Shown: positions 55,656-63,674 of the stretch, one piece after another
Layout of the letters: the number at the start of each line of letters is the position of its first letter
How positions within the stretch are numbered: position 1 is the stretch's first letter
IMG/VR virus record: IMGVR_UViG_3300045988_005753
Source: a virus
Lineage: Duplodnaviria; Heunggongvirae; Uroviricota; Caudoviricetes
DNA: 64,000 bases
Reading direction: 5' to 3' (one strand)
Program-made: the position numbers and the translations under genes
Notes under the pieces: model-generated
Seen by the model: the letters and a program-made list of their open reading frames with translations, nothing else
Databases searched by the model: none
Told to the model about the DNA's origin: nothing

Positions 55656-56131
55656 GAGAAAAACTTATGAACAATATCATTACGGTAGCACTGGACGATA
55701 CGGCAAACAAATCTGAAGTAGTTCGTAAAATGATTCAAGGTAACTTTGAAGGTAAAATTTTCCGTGCTGTTAATGTAAAAGCTGATGGCAGTATTCGTGA
55801 ATATCGTGCATTGTTGAATGTTAAAAAGCACGTAAAAGGTGCTGGTTCAACGACTGCACACAAAGAAAACCTGATGACTATCTATGATATGGGTAAGGCT
55901 TCAGAGTTAGGTGCTGAAGGTATCGTTAAAGAAGGTGCTCCGTATCGCTCTTTCAATCTGGAAACTACTCTTATGCTTTCCTTTACGAGTGGTTCTAAAA
56001 CAATCACTTATCTCTTTACTGATGCTGCAACGGTATCTGCTATTAAGGATAGCACTGTCAAAGCTGGCGTAGTTGCTGCTGCAAAAGCTTCTTCGATGGC
56101 TGCAAATATCCTTGCTAAAGTCCTCGGTTAA
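55652..56131 (+). CDS. hypothetical protein
   Basis: 159 aa ORF with ATGA overlap. Confidence 0.45.
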   Translation: MREKLMNNIITVALDDTANKSEVVRKMIQGNFEGKIFRAVNVKADGSIREYRALLNVKKHVKGAGSTTAHKENLMTIYDMGKASELGAEGIVKEGAPYRSFNLETTLMLSFTSGSKTITYLFTDAATVSAIKDSTVKAGVVAAAKASSMAANILAKVLG

Positions 56132-56142
56132 GGTTAAGATAC

Positions 56143-56164
56143 AGGCTCCTTCGGGAGCCTTTTT
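56143..56164 (+). terminator. rho-independent terminator
   Basis: AGGCTCC, loop TTCG, GGAGCCT, then TTTTT. Confidence 0.6.
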
Positions 56165-56183
56165 CATTTCAGGAGATTGTTAA

Positions 56184-56531
56184 ATGACATTTAAAGAGTT
56201 CTGTCAAGCTACTTTCATAATTGTTTTCTTAGTTGGGGCAGGTGTCTGGGGAGGATACTCTTACAGAGACTACCAAGTTGCTGAAGCTGAGTTAAGTAAT
56301 GAGAAACTAATAAGTGTTGCTAAAGATGCTTATCAGGAAGGTTTAGCCACACTCAGCACCAATTACAAAAATGATTTGAAAGATGTGCTTGCTAAGAATA
56401 AGCATACAAAAGAGGTACTAACATATGAAAAAACTAAGCCAGAGTTTTATAATGTTTGTGTTACTGATAATTATGTCAGGGTGTTCAACGAACAAAGTGA
56501 ACAGTACATTCAAAAACTCCCAAGTAAGTGA
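56184..56531 (+). CDS. i-spanin-like protein (Rz-like)
   Basis: 115 aa with one N-terminal transmembrane helix (FIIVFLVGAGVWGG) and a charged helical remainder; the 3' end overlaps a lipoprotein ORF in another frame. Confidence 0.4.
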   Translation: MTFKEFCQATFIIVFLVGAGVWGGYSYRDYQVAEAELSNEKLISVAKDAYQEGLATLSTNYKNDLKDVLAKNKHTKEVLTYEKTKPEFYNVCVTDNYVRVFNEQSEQYIQKLPSK

Positions 56532-56694
56532 GAGTGACAAGTACACTCAAGAGGAGTCAAGATTCACTGTCAAAGGTAATACCGGTAGTGATGTGGCAGC
56601 AGCCCTTGAGTTTTACCGTGATGGATTCTACCAGTGTACAATCAAAGCTAATAACCTTATTGATATGATTTTATTAGGAAACAAACAGCAATGA
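56425..56694 (+). CDS. o-spanin-like lipoprotein (Rz1-like), overlapping in the +1 frame
   Basis: MKKLSQSFIMFVLLIIMSGC: signal peptide with an M-S-G-C lipobox; the ORF starts inside 56184..56531 in a different frame. Confidence 0.4.
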   Translation: MKKLSQSFIMFVLLIIMSGCSTNKVNSTFKNSQVSESDKYTQEESRFTVKGNTGSDVAAALEFYRDGFYQCTIKANNLIDMILLGNKQQ

Positions 56695-56960
56695 CAGAGA
56701 ATGAAGATACTTTTTACGTAGAAGGTTACTTACTGTTACCACGACCAAAAGAAACTTATATGCGGGTTGATTTCTCACCAACCATTATGGATAACGTGAT
56801 GTGTCATATCTTTATGCAAGGTGTCACAGCACAGCTTAAGCACGTTGGTAAAGAGTGCAAAATAAAGGTTGACACTCATCCAGAAATCAAAGAGAATCAC
56901 TACACATGGTTCTTACCAGACTCTAAAGAAATCTTAGCAGTTCTTAAAACGAGGAAGTAA
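56691..56960 (+). CDS. hypothetical protein
   Basis: 89 aa ORF. Confidence 0.45.
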   Translation: MTENEDTFYVEGYLLLPRPKETYMRVDFSPTIMDNVMCHIFMQGVTAQLKHVGKECKIKVDTHPEIKENHYTWFLPDSKEILAVLKTRK

Positions 56961-56962
56961 CT

Positions 56963-57289
56963 ATGCAGATTAATGGAAGAGACTTTGTAGCCATTTACTA
57001 CGAGAAAGATAAAGAAGTTGGCGTAGCACAAGTATCTTATGGTAATGGTAAGTGGTTGTATGGGACAATCGCAGTAGTTGGAACAAGAAGTGATACAAAA
57101 ACTTTTAAAGATTGTGTTGACCTTCTTGAAGAATCCATCCACAATCATTGGTGTCTAATATGGATGACTGACAACGAAGTGATAGAACGCTTCAAAAAGA
57201 TTGGTATCAACATTGATAGTATTGAGCATGTTGATTTATATGAGCTAACTGAGAAGGTAAACTATGAAAGTAATACTAGCCAGAGATAA
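56963..57289 (+). CDS. hypothetical protein
   Basis: 108 aa ORF. Confidence 0.45.
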   Translation: MQINGRDFVAIYYEKDKEVGVAQVSYGNGKWLYGTIAVVGTRSDTKTFKDCVDLLEESIHNHWCLIWMTDNEVIERFKKIGINIDSIEHVDLYELTEKVNYESNTSQR

Positions 57290-57491
57290 AAAGACACGGA
57301 AACTTATCAGGTCAGCGGTGTTCATTGGACGAAATGAGGTCATCCCATTTACAGCAAATGATGTGATAGCTTACCGGAAGAACTTAGTATACACTGACTG
57401 TTTACGTGGCTTCATTTCTGAACCATTGGAAGACTTTAAAAGTCGTTGTGGTAAAGGTATCATCATTCAAGAGGCAATTATTCATGGCTGA
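57264..57491 (+). CDS. hypothetical protein
   Basis: 75 aa ORF. Confidence 0.4.
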   Translation: MKVILARDKKTRKLIRSAVFIGRNEVIPFTANDVIAYRKNLVYTDCLRGFISEPLEDFKSRCGKGIIIQEAIIHG

Positions 57492-57684
57492 CTTCTGCAA
57501 AGACTGTGCTATCGAAATGTTCGGACGTGATACAGGTGACTTAAAAGGTCTTATCACTGAAGATGACTTTAAAGCTGGCTATGCAATGCCAGTAATCTGT
57601 GAAGGTTGTGGGTGCATCTGGGTAGACCACGAAGGGCAGCGTGTAAAACCTTCAGAAGATAAAGAATCTTGGGAGAGATGTTAA
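57484..57684 (+). CDS. small zinc-ribbon-like protein
   Basis: Track ORF 57406..57684 trimmed to the ATG at 57484, which overlaps the upstream stop; CKDC...CEGCGC cysteine pairs. Confidence 0.4.
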   Translation: MADFCKDCAIEMFGRDTGDLKGLITEDDFKAGYAMPVICEGCGCIWVDHEGQRVKPSEDKESWERC

Positions 57685-58470
57685 ATGGGTATTGTAAAAA
57701 TCATCAATGGCGATATCTTTGCCGCATTTGATAAAGGTAAGTTTGACATTATTGGTCACGGTTGCAACTGTATGAATTTAATGGGTGCAGGTATCGCTGA
57801 CAAGATTTCTAAACTTTACCCAAAAGCATATGAGACAGATACAGAAATCTATCTATATGCAGGTGGCATAGGTCACAAACCCTGTGAAAATTTACTGGGT
57901 AATTTCTCTGTAGCACGTTTAAAACAAGGTCGTATAGCTAACCTTTACACTCAGCTTAAGACTGGTAAAGATGCCCGATACAGTGCTTTAGAGTCATCTT
58001 TGAAACAGCTTAACAGATACTGTGAAGTTAACCAGTTGAAGAAGGTTGGTCTACCTATGATTGGTGCAGGTATCGGTGGACTTGACCCTCAAGCTGTCAC
58101 AGTTATCATCAATCAGGTGATGAAGAGTGTAGATGTTTATCTGTATGTCTATGAAGGAGAGATGTACCACAAGTTACGCTCAGGTTGGAAGAACTACTGT
58201 GAACCAGAATACTTTGCAGGTGTAGCAGTGTTCACGGATAACGCAGTTACCCTCTTCAGACGAAGAAAAGCTAAGATACATCAAAGTAACCCTCCGGTTG
58301 AAAGGATGTCTCTAAGTAACGCTCTAGTTACCCACCTGTCGAAGAGCAATCACAGAATAGCTGTGACATTTGGTAGTGATGCAGATGCTTACATCTATGC
58401 AAGAACTGATGAGGATATCGAGGCAATTTTCTCATCACCGGAAGTTACCTTCTTAGACGCAAAGAACTAA
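57685..58470 (+). CDS. macro-domain protein (ADP-ribose binding/processing)
   Basis: DIIGHGCNCMNLMGAGIA and GLPMIGAGIGGLD resemble the two glycine-rich signature segments of macro domains (xNAANxxLxxGGGV and AFPxISTGxYG). Confidence 0.45.
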   Translation: MGIVKIINGDIFAAFDKGKFDIIGHGCNCMNLMGAGIADKISKLYPKAYETDTEIYLYAGGIGHKPCENLLGNFSVARLKQGRIANLYTQLKTGKDARYSALESSLKQLNRYCEVNQLKKVGLPMIGAGIGGLDPQAVTVIINQVMKSVDVYLYVYEGEMYHKLRSGWKNYCEPEYFAGVAVFTDNAVTLFRRRKAKIHQSNPPVERMSLSNALVTHLSKSNHRIAVTFGSDADAYIYARTDEDIEAIFSSPEVTFLDAKN

Positions 58471-58544
58471 GAAACTCTGTAGAATATTCACAATAGACTA
58501 AGCCTTTCTTATCTGGTAAATTTTTCAGGTAAGGGGGGCTTTTT

Positions 58545-58722
58545 CATTTCAGGATTGTGCAGGTAGAGTTCTGTATAGAAATCTGTAGAGAGTATTTTGA
58601 ACTCCAAAGAGAAAATTCATTTTCAAACTGTGCAGGTAATCTCCAAAGAGCTTTTTCATTTTCAAAACGTGCAGACCCCGCTCAGGTCGGGCAAGAAAAA
58701 TCATTTTAGAATTGTGCAGGTA
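58545..58722. repeat. cluster of four imperfect direct repeats, core CATTTTCAAACTGTGCAGGTA
   Basis: Copies start near 58545, 58618, 58657 and 58702; the middle two form a tandem ~39-bp unit that begins CTCCAAAGAG. Confidence 0.55.
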
Positions 58723-58746
58723 GGTTTTTATAGAGAGCCAGACCAA

Positions 58747-58777
58747 CCCCTCTCCCCCTCTTACTCCCCCTCTCCCC
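58747..58777. repeat. polypyrimidine tract; the complementary strand has four G-runs (G-quadruplex-capable)
   Basis: CCCCTCTCCCCCTCTTACTCCCCCTCTCCCC; complement GGGG-AGAG-GGGGG-AGTAAGAG-GGGGG-AGAG-GGGG. Confidence 0.5.
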
Positions 58778-58899
58778 AAAAGTCAAGAGAAAAATTTGTA
58801 GCGGATTGAAAAATAATTCTTGATTTGTGTTCTGTTTTGTGGTAGTCGTGTGCGCACGTTTCATTACAGTTTTTGCAAAAAATATTTTTAAAATTCCTA

Positions 58900-58928
58900 T
58901 TGACTCTTTGAGTATGGTTATCTAATAT
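58900..58928 (+). promoter_or_regulatory. sigma70-like promoter TTGACT-N17-TAATAT
   Basis: TTGACT 58900-58905, 17-nt spacer, TAATAT 58923-58928; same hexamers as the promoter at 18509; about 50 nt upstream of the first cassette ORF. Confidence 0.5.
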
Positions 58929-58978
58929 TTGCATCAGACGGGCAATCAAGCCCACTTCCTAAACTGGAGAATCTAAAA

Positions 58979-59185
58979 ATGCTGTACAGTCGCGAATTGA
59001 TGGTTACAACTAACATTAACACAAAGGCAAAACGTTTTTACATGCAAATCTGTGGCGTGTGGTCCAGAATATCAGAAGCTGACTATTGCAACTATGTAGA
59101 AACAGCTATAAACTCTAATTGCTACCTTACAAGAAACACTAAGAACTTTATAAGACAGTCAGCAATTTACTACTACGATAAATAA
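58979..59185 (+). CDS. hypothetical small early protein
   Basis: 68 aa; preceded by the conserved CCTAAACTGGAGAATCTAAAA ribosome-binding region. Confidence 0.45.
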   Translation: MLYSRELMVTTNINTKAKRFYMQICGVWSRISEADYCNYVETAINSNCYLTRNTKNFIRQSAIYYYDK

Positions 59186-59247
59186 AAAGTACTTTACAGG
59201 GGGCTTATAAGGCTGTACAGTAAGCCCCAGATAAAGAGCTTTACCAC
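59186..59247 (+). promoter_or_regulatory. family B intergenic cassette: TTTACA -35-like box, hairpin, conserved AGATAAAGAGCTTTACC
   Basis: GTACTTTACA after the stop; stem GGGGCTTA (59200-59207) / TAAGCCCC (59221-59228); TTTACA-N17-TACAGT geometry. Confidence 0.4.
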
Positions 59248-59275
59248 ATTAACCCTTAAACTAGGAGATTCTAAA

Positions 59276-59656
59276 ATGGCATATCGTGCACCTAAATTCA
59301 TCAACAAAGACAACTTTCGTAGCGTACTGGAGAAGTCACTTGATGAGAATTTTAAAGGTAACGTTATTGTTGTTCACTCGTTCAATTTCAAGTATGATAT
59401 TAACGGGAATAAAATCAACCATTACACGGCGACAATGCTAGATGGTACTCTTCCAAGTGAAAAAGCCATTTTGCATGCACTTGCGGGACGTGGTAAAAAC
59501 CTGATAAAATGCGATAAGAGACGTTATCAGGGTGGCGCATATGGTTATGATGATGCTGTTTATCATCTTGAAAATATGGGCTATCAAGTAGAAAAAGCTG
59601 GAGTGTCTCAAATAATTGGTAGTGATGGTTATGTAACAATCTTCAAAATTAAATAA
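59276..59656 (+). CDS. hypothetical small early protein
   Basis: 126 aa behind the conserved GGAG ribosome-binding region. Confidence 0.5.
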   Translation: MAYRAPKFINKDNFRSVLEKSLDENFKGNVIVVHSFNFKYDINGNKINHYTATMLDGTLPSEKAILHALAGRGKNLIKCDKRRYQGGAYGYDDAVYHLENMGYQVEKAGVSQIIGSDGYVTIFKIK

Positions 59657-59716
59657 AGTACTTTACAAGGGGCTTATAGTTCGATAGAGTAAGCCCCAGA
59701 TAAAGAGCTTTACCAC
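59657..59716 (+). promoter_or_regulatory. family B intergenic cassette
   Basis: Same flanks as 59186-59247; stem GGGGCTTA (59669-59676) / TAAGCCCC (59690-59697) with a different loop; TTTACA-N17-TAGAGT. Confidence 0.4.
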
Positions 59717-59741
59717 TAAATCCTAAACTGGAGATTCAAAA

Positions 59742-60038
59742 ATGAAACTATCAAATAAAGTCCGTGAAAATCTAAGCAAGTTACTTAATAAAATTGATTT
59801 CATTGAAACATCAAGGAATAGTCATGATGTTATGGAATGGTTACACGGAAAAATCAAAGGCCGTCGTGTAGTGATTTGCTTATGGAATAGTTGCAGGGAA
59901 TATAAAAAACCTGTATTGCAAGTCAATATCTATGATGATACTTTTAAAAGCCCTGTAAAGTCTAAAAGCGATTTATTAGAATCCTATGAGATAACTGTAA
60001 ATGGCAAAGTATCACGTAAAGAGGAAACACCATGCTAA
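59742..60038 (+). CDS. hypothetical small early protein
   Basis: 98 aa ORF. Confidence 0.5.
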   Translation: MKLSNKVRENLSKLLNKIDFIETSRNSHDVMEWLHGKIKGRRVVICLWNSCREYKKPVLQVNIYDDTFKSPVKSKSDLLESYEITVNGKVSRKEETPC

Positions 60039-60364
60039 TGACTGGTATCACTGCAATCATTGCCATTTTCGCGCTATATAAGGCATATAAAGCCTATAAT
60101 CTAGCAAATAAGGCAATCACACAGCAGGTTAGCAATAACCTTGTAGAGAGCTTTCTAGGGCGTTTAAGTGATGAGCAAATAAAGCGGCTAGAGATGAGCT
60201 TCAGATATAAAGCGAAAACCTATCAAATAAGTGACATCTTCAAAGATGATTTTCAGTTAGTTGATGATTATAATTCTCTGATAAATGCTTTAAATATCAG
60301 TGACTTAAAAGACTACTACGCTGTAATTGTTCAAGAATTGAGCAAACGAAAACAAAACTGTTGA
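60032..60364 (+). CDS. hypothetical small membrane protein
   Basis: 110 aa with an N-terminal hydrophobic helix (ITAIIAIFALY); overlaps the upstream ORF by 7 nt. Confidence 0.45.
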   Translation: MLMTGITAIIAIFALYKAYKAYNLANKAITQQVSNNLVESFLGRLSDEQIKRLEMSFRYKAKTYQISDIFKDDFQLVDDYNSLINALNISDLKDYYAVIVQELSKRKQNC

Positions 60365-60452
60365 CACTGGTTTTTAGATAGATTAAATTACACATCAACG
60401 GGGAGGGAATGACCTTCCCCACTAAATAAAGTCCTAAACTGGAGATTCTAAA
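60361..60452 (+). promoter_or_regulatory. family A cassette: promoter TTGACA-N17-TAAATT, 5'-UTR hairpin and conserved ribosome-binding region
   Basis: TTGACA 60361-60366, TAAATT 60384-60389; hairpin GGGGAGGG (60400-60407) / CCTTCCCC (60413-60420); then ACTAAATAAAGTCCTAAACTGGAGATTCTAAA before the ATG. Confidence 0.5.
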
Positions 60453-60725
60453 ATGTATACTACTAACAACGGTCGCACTTTAAATGTCACACTACGTCAC
60501 TATGTAGATGGTGTCATGCACTTTGAAGACTTACAAGCTGAACAACATATCTTAGATTGGCAAGTCGCAGGACTCCAAAAAACTGCTACGGGATACGGTA
60601 AAAAGATTCCAACCAGTTGGAAAGTACACTACGAAGGACGTTTGCGCAGAATTTATCAGGATGTGCAAAGCAATAGTGCATCGAGTTACATTATAGTAAA
60701 AGGTAAAAAACTGCATTTAGTGTAA
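60453..60725 (+). CDS. hypothetical small early protein
   Basis: 90 aa ORF. Confidence 0.5.
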   Translation: MYTTNNGRTLNVTLRHYVDGVMHFEDLQAEQHILDWQVAGLQKTATGYGKKIPTSWKVHYEGRLRRIYQDVQSNSASSYIIVKGKKLHLV

Positions 60726-60784
60726 AGTACTTTACAGGGGGTTATCAAGCTGATAAGATAACCCCAGATAAAGAGCTTTACCAC
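60726..60784 (+). promoter_or_regulatory. family B intergenic cassette with compensatory stem changes
   Basis: Stem GGGGTTATC (60738-60746) / GATAACCCC (60757-60765) preserves pairing with a different sequence from the other B copies; TTTACA-N17-TAAGAT. Confidence 0.4.
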
Positions 60785-60809
60785 TCAATCCTAAATTGGA
60801 GATTCTAAA

Positions 60810-61214
60810 ATGGCTATTAATAACCGTGAATTATCAATCTTAAAAGCACGTTTGACCGTCAACCGGATTAATGTTCTGACATCATCAGCGCCTGATGAGA
60901 CATTGCACAACATTATCGGAAAGATTCAAAGTGTTATCTTAGACGTTGAAAACGTAAAAAACTCATTGGCTGACGTTGCAGCAGGTATCACGCTAGACGG
61001 TGCGCAATATGAAATGATTGATATGTTAGGCAAATCAAAGGTTATGAATAAAGAGTTAGACCTAAAAATGTTTCGATTTGCCGTGAAAGTATGGCTATCT
61101 GTCGAGTATGATGCTAATTTTGCAATCGCTGATTTCTTCGCCACTTGGTTACAACGTAATTTGACAAATCACGATTTTCGTGGCATCTGCGATGCAATTT
61201 ATGCAGAACTCTAA
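60810..61214 (+). CDS. hypothetical small early protein
   Basis: 134 aa ORF. Confidence 0.5.
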   Translation: MAINNRELSILKARLTVNRINVLTSSAPDETLHNIIGKIQSVILDVENVKNSLADVAAGITLDGAQYEMIDMLGKSKVMNKELDLKMFRFAVKVWLSVEYDANFAIADFFATWLQRNLTNHDFRGICDAIYAEL

Positions 61215-61223
61215 AAAATTTTG

Positions 61224-61317
61224 TTGACACTGGTTTTTAGATAGATTAAATTACACATCAACGGGGAGGGAATGACCTTCCCCACTAAATAAAGTCCTTA
61301 AACTAGGAGATTCAAAA
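61224..61317 (+). promoter_or_regulatory. family A cassette, near-identical copy of 60361-60452
   Basis: TTGACA 61224-61229, TAAATT 61247-61252, hairpin 61263-61283, conserved ribosome-binding region. Confidence 0.5.
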
Positions 61318-61521
61318 ATGGCTATTATTAACGGTTTAACCATTGAAACTACACACATCAAAGATATCAAAGTTGGTGATATAGTCCTTTCCCACGGCGT
61401 AGAAAAAACTGTCACTGCAAAGGATATCAAAGAGGATTCTTTCATGGGTAGGACTCTCTTCGGTGATTCTTATTGCTTAGGTTATCTTGCAGTTTTAAAA
61501 GTTGTCAAAATTAACAAATAA
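61318..61521 (+). CDS. hypothetical small early protein
   Basis: 67 aa ORF. Confidence 0.45.
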   Translation: MAIINGLTIETTHIKDIKVGDIVLSHGVEKTVTAKDIKEDSFMGRTLFGDSYCLGYLAVLKVVKINK

Positions 61522-61580
61522 AGTACTTTACAAGGGGCTTATAAGTCTGTAAAGTAAGCCCCAGATAAAGAGCTTTACAC
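61522..61580 (+). promoter_or_regulatory. family B intergenic cassette
   Basis: Stem GGGGCTTA (61534-61541) / TAAGCCCC (61555-61562); TTTACA-N17-TAAAGT. Confidence 0.4.
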
Positions 61581-61605
61581 AATCCTTAAACTAGGAGATT
61601 CAAAA

Positions 61606-62148
61606 ATGAAATGCTATCACGGAACTACTCAAGAAAATTTCCTCAACCTGATTAATAACGGTGATAAACCATCAGGCGCATGGAATTGTTCGGATATGGA
61701 CGGCAATTTTTACGTGTATCCAGAAAATAAAATCTATGGCGACGATGAGGAAGAAATAGCATCAGAAGGTATCCAACAAGCTCTAGGAAATGCCACTATC
61801 ACCGCAGCTTTCCAGATGAAAACCCAAAATATTGTTATCTTAGAACTCGATATTCCAGAGGATGAGCTGAATGATGATTATTCTTGTGATAATATGTCGA
61901 GTGTAGCAAGTTTTACAGAGTACTTTGATGTAAATTGGATTAAAAAGGTCTATACAACAGAGTTTAACGCTATGTATTCACCTTTTTGTCTTCCTTCATT
62001 GGATAACCCAAATTTAAACTATCTTGATGAGTCTCTGGAGCTTCTTGCTAAAAGTGTTCAACAGTCGGACAGTATTCAGGTTTTTTGTGACATCATGGAT
62101 ACACTGACAGGGAACATTGCAGAAGAGGATTTAAAGAGCTTTTTCTAA
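61606..62148 (+). CDS. hypothetical acidic early protein
   Basis: 180 aa ORF. Confidence 0.5.
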   Translation: MKCYHGTTQENFLNLINNGDKPSGAWNCSDMDGNFYVYPENKIYGDDEEEIASEGIQQALGNATITAAFQMKTQNIVILELDIPEDELNDDYSCDNMSSVASFTEYFDVNWIKKVYTTEFNAMYSPFCLPSLDNPNLNYLDESLELLAKSVQQSDSIQVFCDIMDTLTGNIAEEDLKSFF

Positions 62149-62214
62149 AAACCTATGCAATCACCTTATAAACACTAATCAGCCCCTTGTAGGGGCTTTT
62201 AGGGGGCTTAAATC

Positions 62215-62448
62215 ATGCTTACAACCATTTACCTCATCCTTTCCATCTGTAATGGCCATTCATGTGACTTTAAGGGGCTTGAAGAGTTTACAGGAAGTAA
62301 AGAAAATGCTATTCAAGTTTGCCAGATAGCAAGACAAGACTATCCCGCCAGTGATGATATACAATGCTATTTTAAGACAGAAGATGACGAAGGAATCTAT
62401 TTCGACAGTGTTGACGGCCAATATGAAATTATCATTGAAAAAGACTAG
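62215..62448 (+). CDS. hypothetical small early protein
   Basis: 77 aa ORF with a hydrophobic N-terminus. Confidence 0.45.
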   Translation: MLTTIYLILSICNGHSCDFKGLEEFTGSKENAIQVCQIARQDYPASDDIQCYFKTEDDEGIYFDSVDGQYEIIIEKD

Positions 62449-62540
62449 ACAAGCCTGATAAAAGTCTGTAAATTGTCAATCAACGGGGAGGGAATGACCT
62501 TCCCCACTAAATAAAGTCCTTAAACTAGGAGATTCTAAAA
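62446..62540 (+). promoter_or_regulatory. family A cassette (promoter TAGACA-N17-TAAATT, 5'-UTR hairpin, conserved ribosome-binding region)
   Basis: TAGACA 62446-62451, TAAATT 62469-62474; hairpin GGGGAGGG (62485-62492) / CCTTCCCC (62498-62505). Confidence 0.45.
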
Positions 62541-62882
62541 ATGGCTTATGTAACCGTAATTACCGATAAAGAGGATTCATCTTGGTCAACTCAAGTAAGT
62601 GATAAGATGTCGCCTATGCAGTGCCTAAAATACTTTGAGCAGTGGAACAAAGGCGAGGATGTAAGCCCCTTTCAGGTAATGCAAATCATCCATACAGATA
62701 ACGAAGGGAATAAAACGACACTGAATAGTGAGTACTATGCAAGCCGTTTTGAAACGAGAAGTAAAACAATGAAGCTTTTACGTGAATCCGGCTATTCTCA
62801 CATTGCCGCGCTAATCTGGGATGACCTGCTAAAAAGTCAGCGTATCAGCTATGTAAAACCTGAAAAAATATTCATCAGTTAA
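62541..62882 (+). CDS. hypothetical small early protein
   Basis: 113 aa ORF. Confidence 0.5.
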   Translation: MAYVTVITDKEDSSWSTQVSDKMSPMQCLKYFEQWNKGEDVSPFQVMQIIHTDNEGNKTTLNSEYYASRFETRSKTMKLLRESGYSHIAALIWDDLLKSQRISYVKPEKIFIS

Positions 62883-63010
62883 TCAATAACTTATAAAAAA
62901 CTTTTAAAAAAGTGTTGACAATACCCCTTGACATTGGTAACTTTGTTCGAGGGGGTTTATCTAAAAGGATTCACTTAAAAGATTCTTTATAGATAAGCTT
63001 AAAAAATTGC

Positions 63011-63039
63011 TTGCAATCAGCTATCAAAAACTTTATAGT
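63011..63039 (+). promoter_or_regulatory. sigma70-like promoter TTGCAA-N17-TATAGT
   Basis: TTGCAA 63011-63016, 17-nt spacer, TATAGT 63034-63039; upstream of the conserved ribosome-binding region and the ATG at 63082. Confidence 0.45.
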
Positions 63040-63081
63040 TTATCTCAAGCAATAATGCTTTCCTAAACTGGAGATTCAAAA

Positions 63082-63612
63082 ATGAACAAGTTCAAAGCTA
63101 TCAACTACATTCGCTCAAATAGTGTCATGTCTAAGCCTGTTAAAGATACCTTTGAGTTCCGCTGTAATGGTGTACACTTTGCAACCATCACTAAATCAGA
63201 AAACGGGGCTTATTATGTACATCGTCGTAATGTTCCAACCGTTGTAGTCTCTCACTTTATGCAAGCCGTAGCGGAGTTATTACCGTTATTCTTAGAGATT
63301 TACTTAGATGAGTGTAAAAACGTTCGCAACCATGTTAAAAACCTTTTAAATGGTTATAAGATGGCTTATGAACGTTCTATCAAGAATCTTAACAAGTTCT
63401 ATAAAGCCCCTGAAAATACTGTATCAATAGCTTATGATGTAAGCGGTGAAATGGTCAACCTCTCTAATGTAGAACAAATTAGCCTTTATGATTTACGTCC
63501 TAGTGGCTACTCTAAGACTCTCGGTGAAGGTTTATCCTTCAATATCAAGAACTTAGAAAAAACTTTAAAAGATATTGAAAAAGATATTGACGAGACAATC
63601 AAAAGTCTGTAA
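63082..63612 (+). CDS. hypothetical early protein
   Basis: 176 aa ORF. Confidence 0.5.
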   Translation: MNKFKAINYIRSNSVMSKPVKDTFEFRCNGVHFATITKSENGAYYVHRRNVPTVVVSHFMQAVAELLPLFLEIYLDECKNVRNHVKNLLNGYKMAYERSIKNLNKFYKAPENTVSIAYDVSGEMVNLSNVEQISLYDLRPSGYSKTLGEGLSFNIKNLEKTLKDIEKDIDETIKSL

Positions 63613-63674
63613 ATTGTCAATCAACGGGGGATAACCTCCCCCACTAAACAAAATCCTAAACTGGAGTTATCAAG
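63587..63674 (+). promoter_or_regulatory. family A cassette variant with a covarying hairpin
   Basis: TTGACG 63587-63592, TAAATT 63610-63615; hairpin GGGGGA (63626-63631) / TCCCCC (63637-63642) keeps the stem with a changed loop. Confidence 0.45.

Noticed and set aside
58545-58722. CRISPR array
   Set aside because: The repeats are imperfect, irregularly spaced (about 73, 39 and 45 bp) and lack unique spacers; the cassette repeats further on are promoter/UTR elements in front of ORFs, not repeat-spacer units.
60400-60420. Family A hairpins as rho-independent terminators
   Set aside because: The stem is followed by ACTAAATAAAG rather than a U-tract and lies just downstream of a -10 hexamer, so it is better read as a 5'-UTR stem-loop. 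Family B hairpins also lack a U-tract.
61251-61445. Minus-strand ORF (64 aa) overlapping a family A promoter cassette and the start of gene 61318..61521
   Set aside because: It runs against the direction of every surrounding gene and covers the conserved promoter, hairpin and ribosome-binding cassette, which explains the sequence better.
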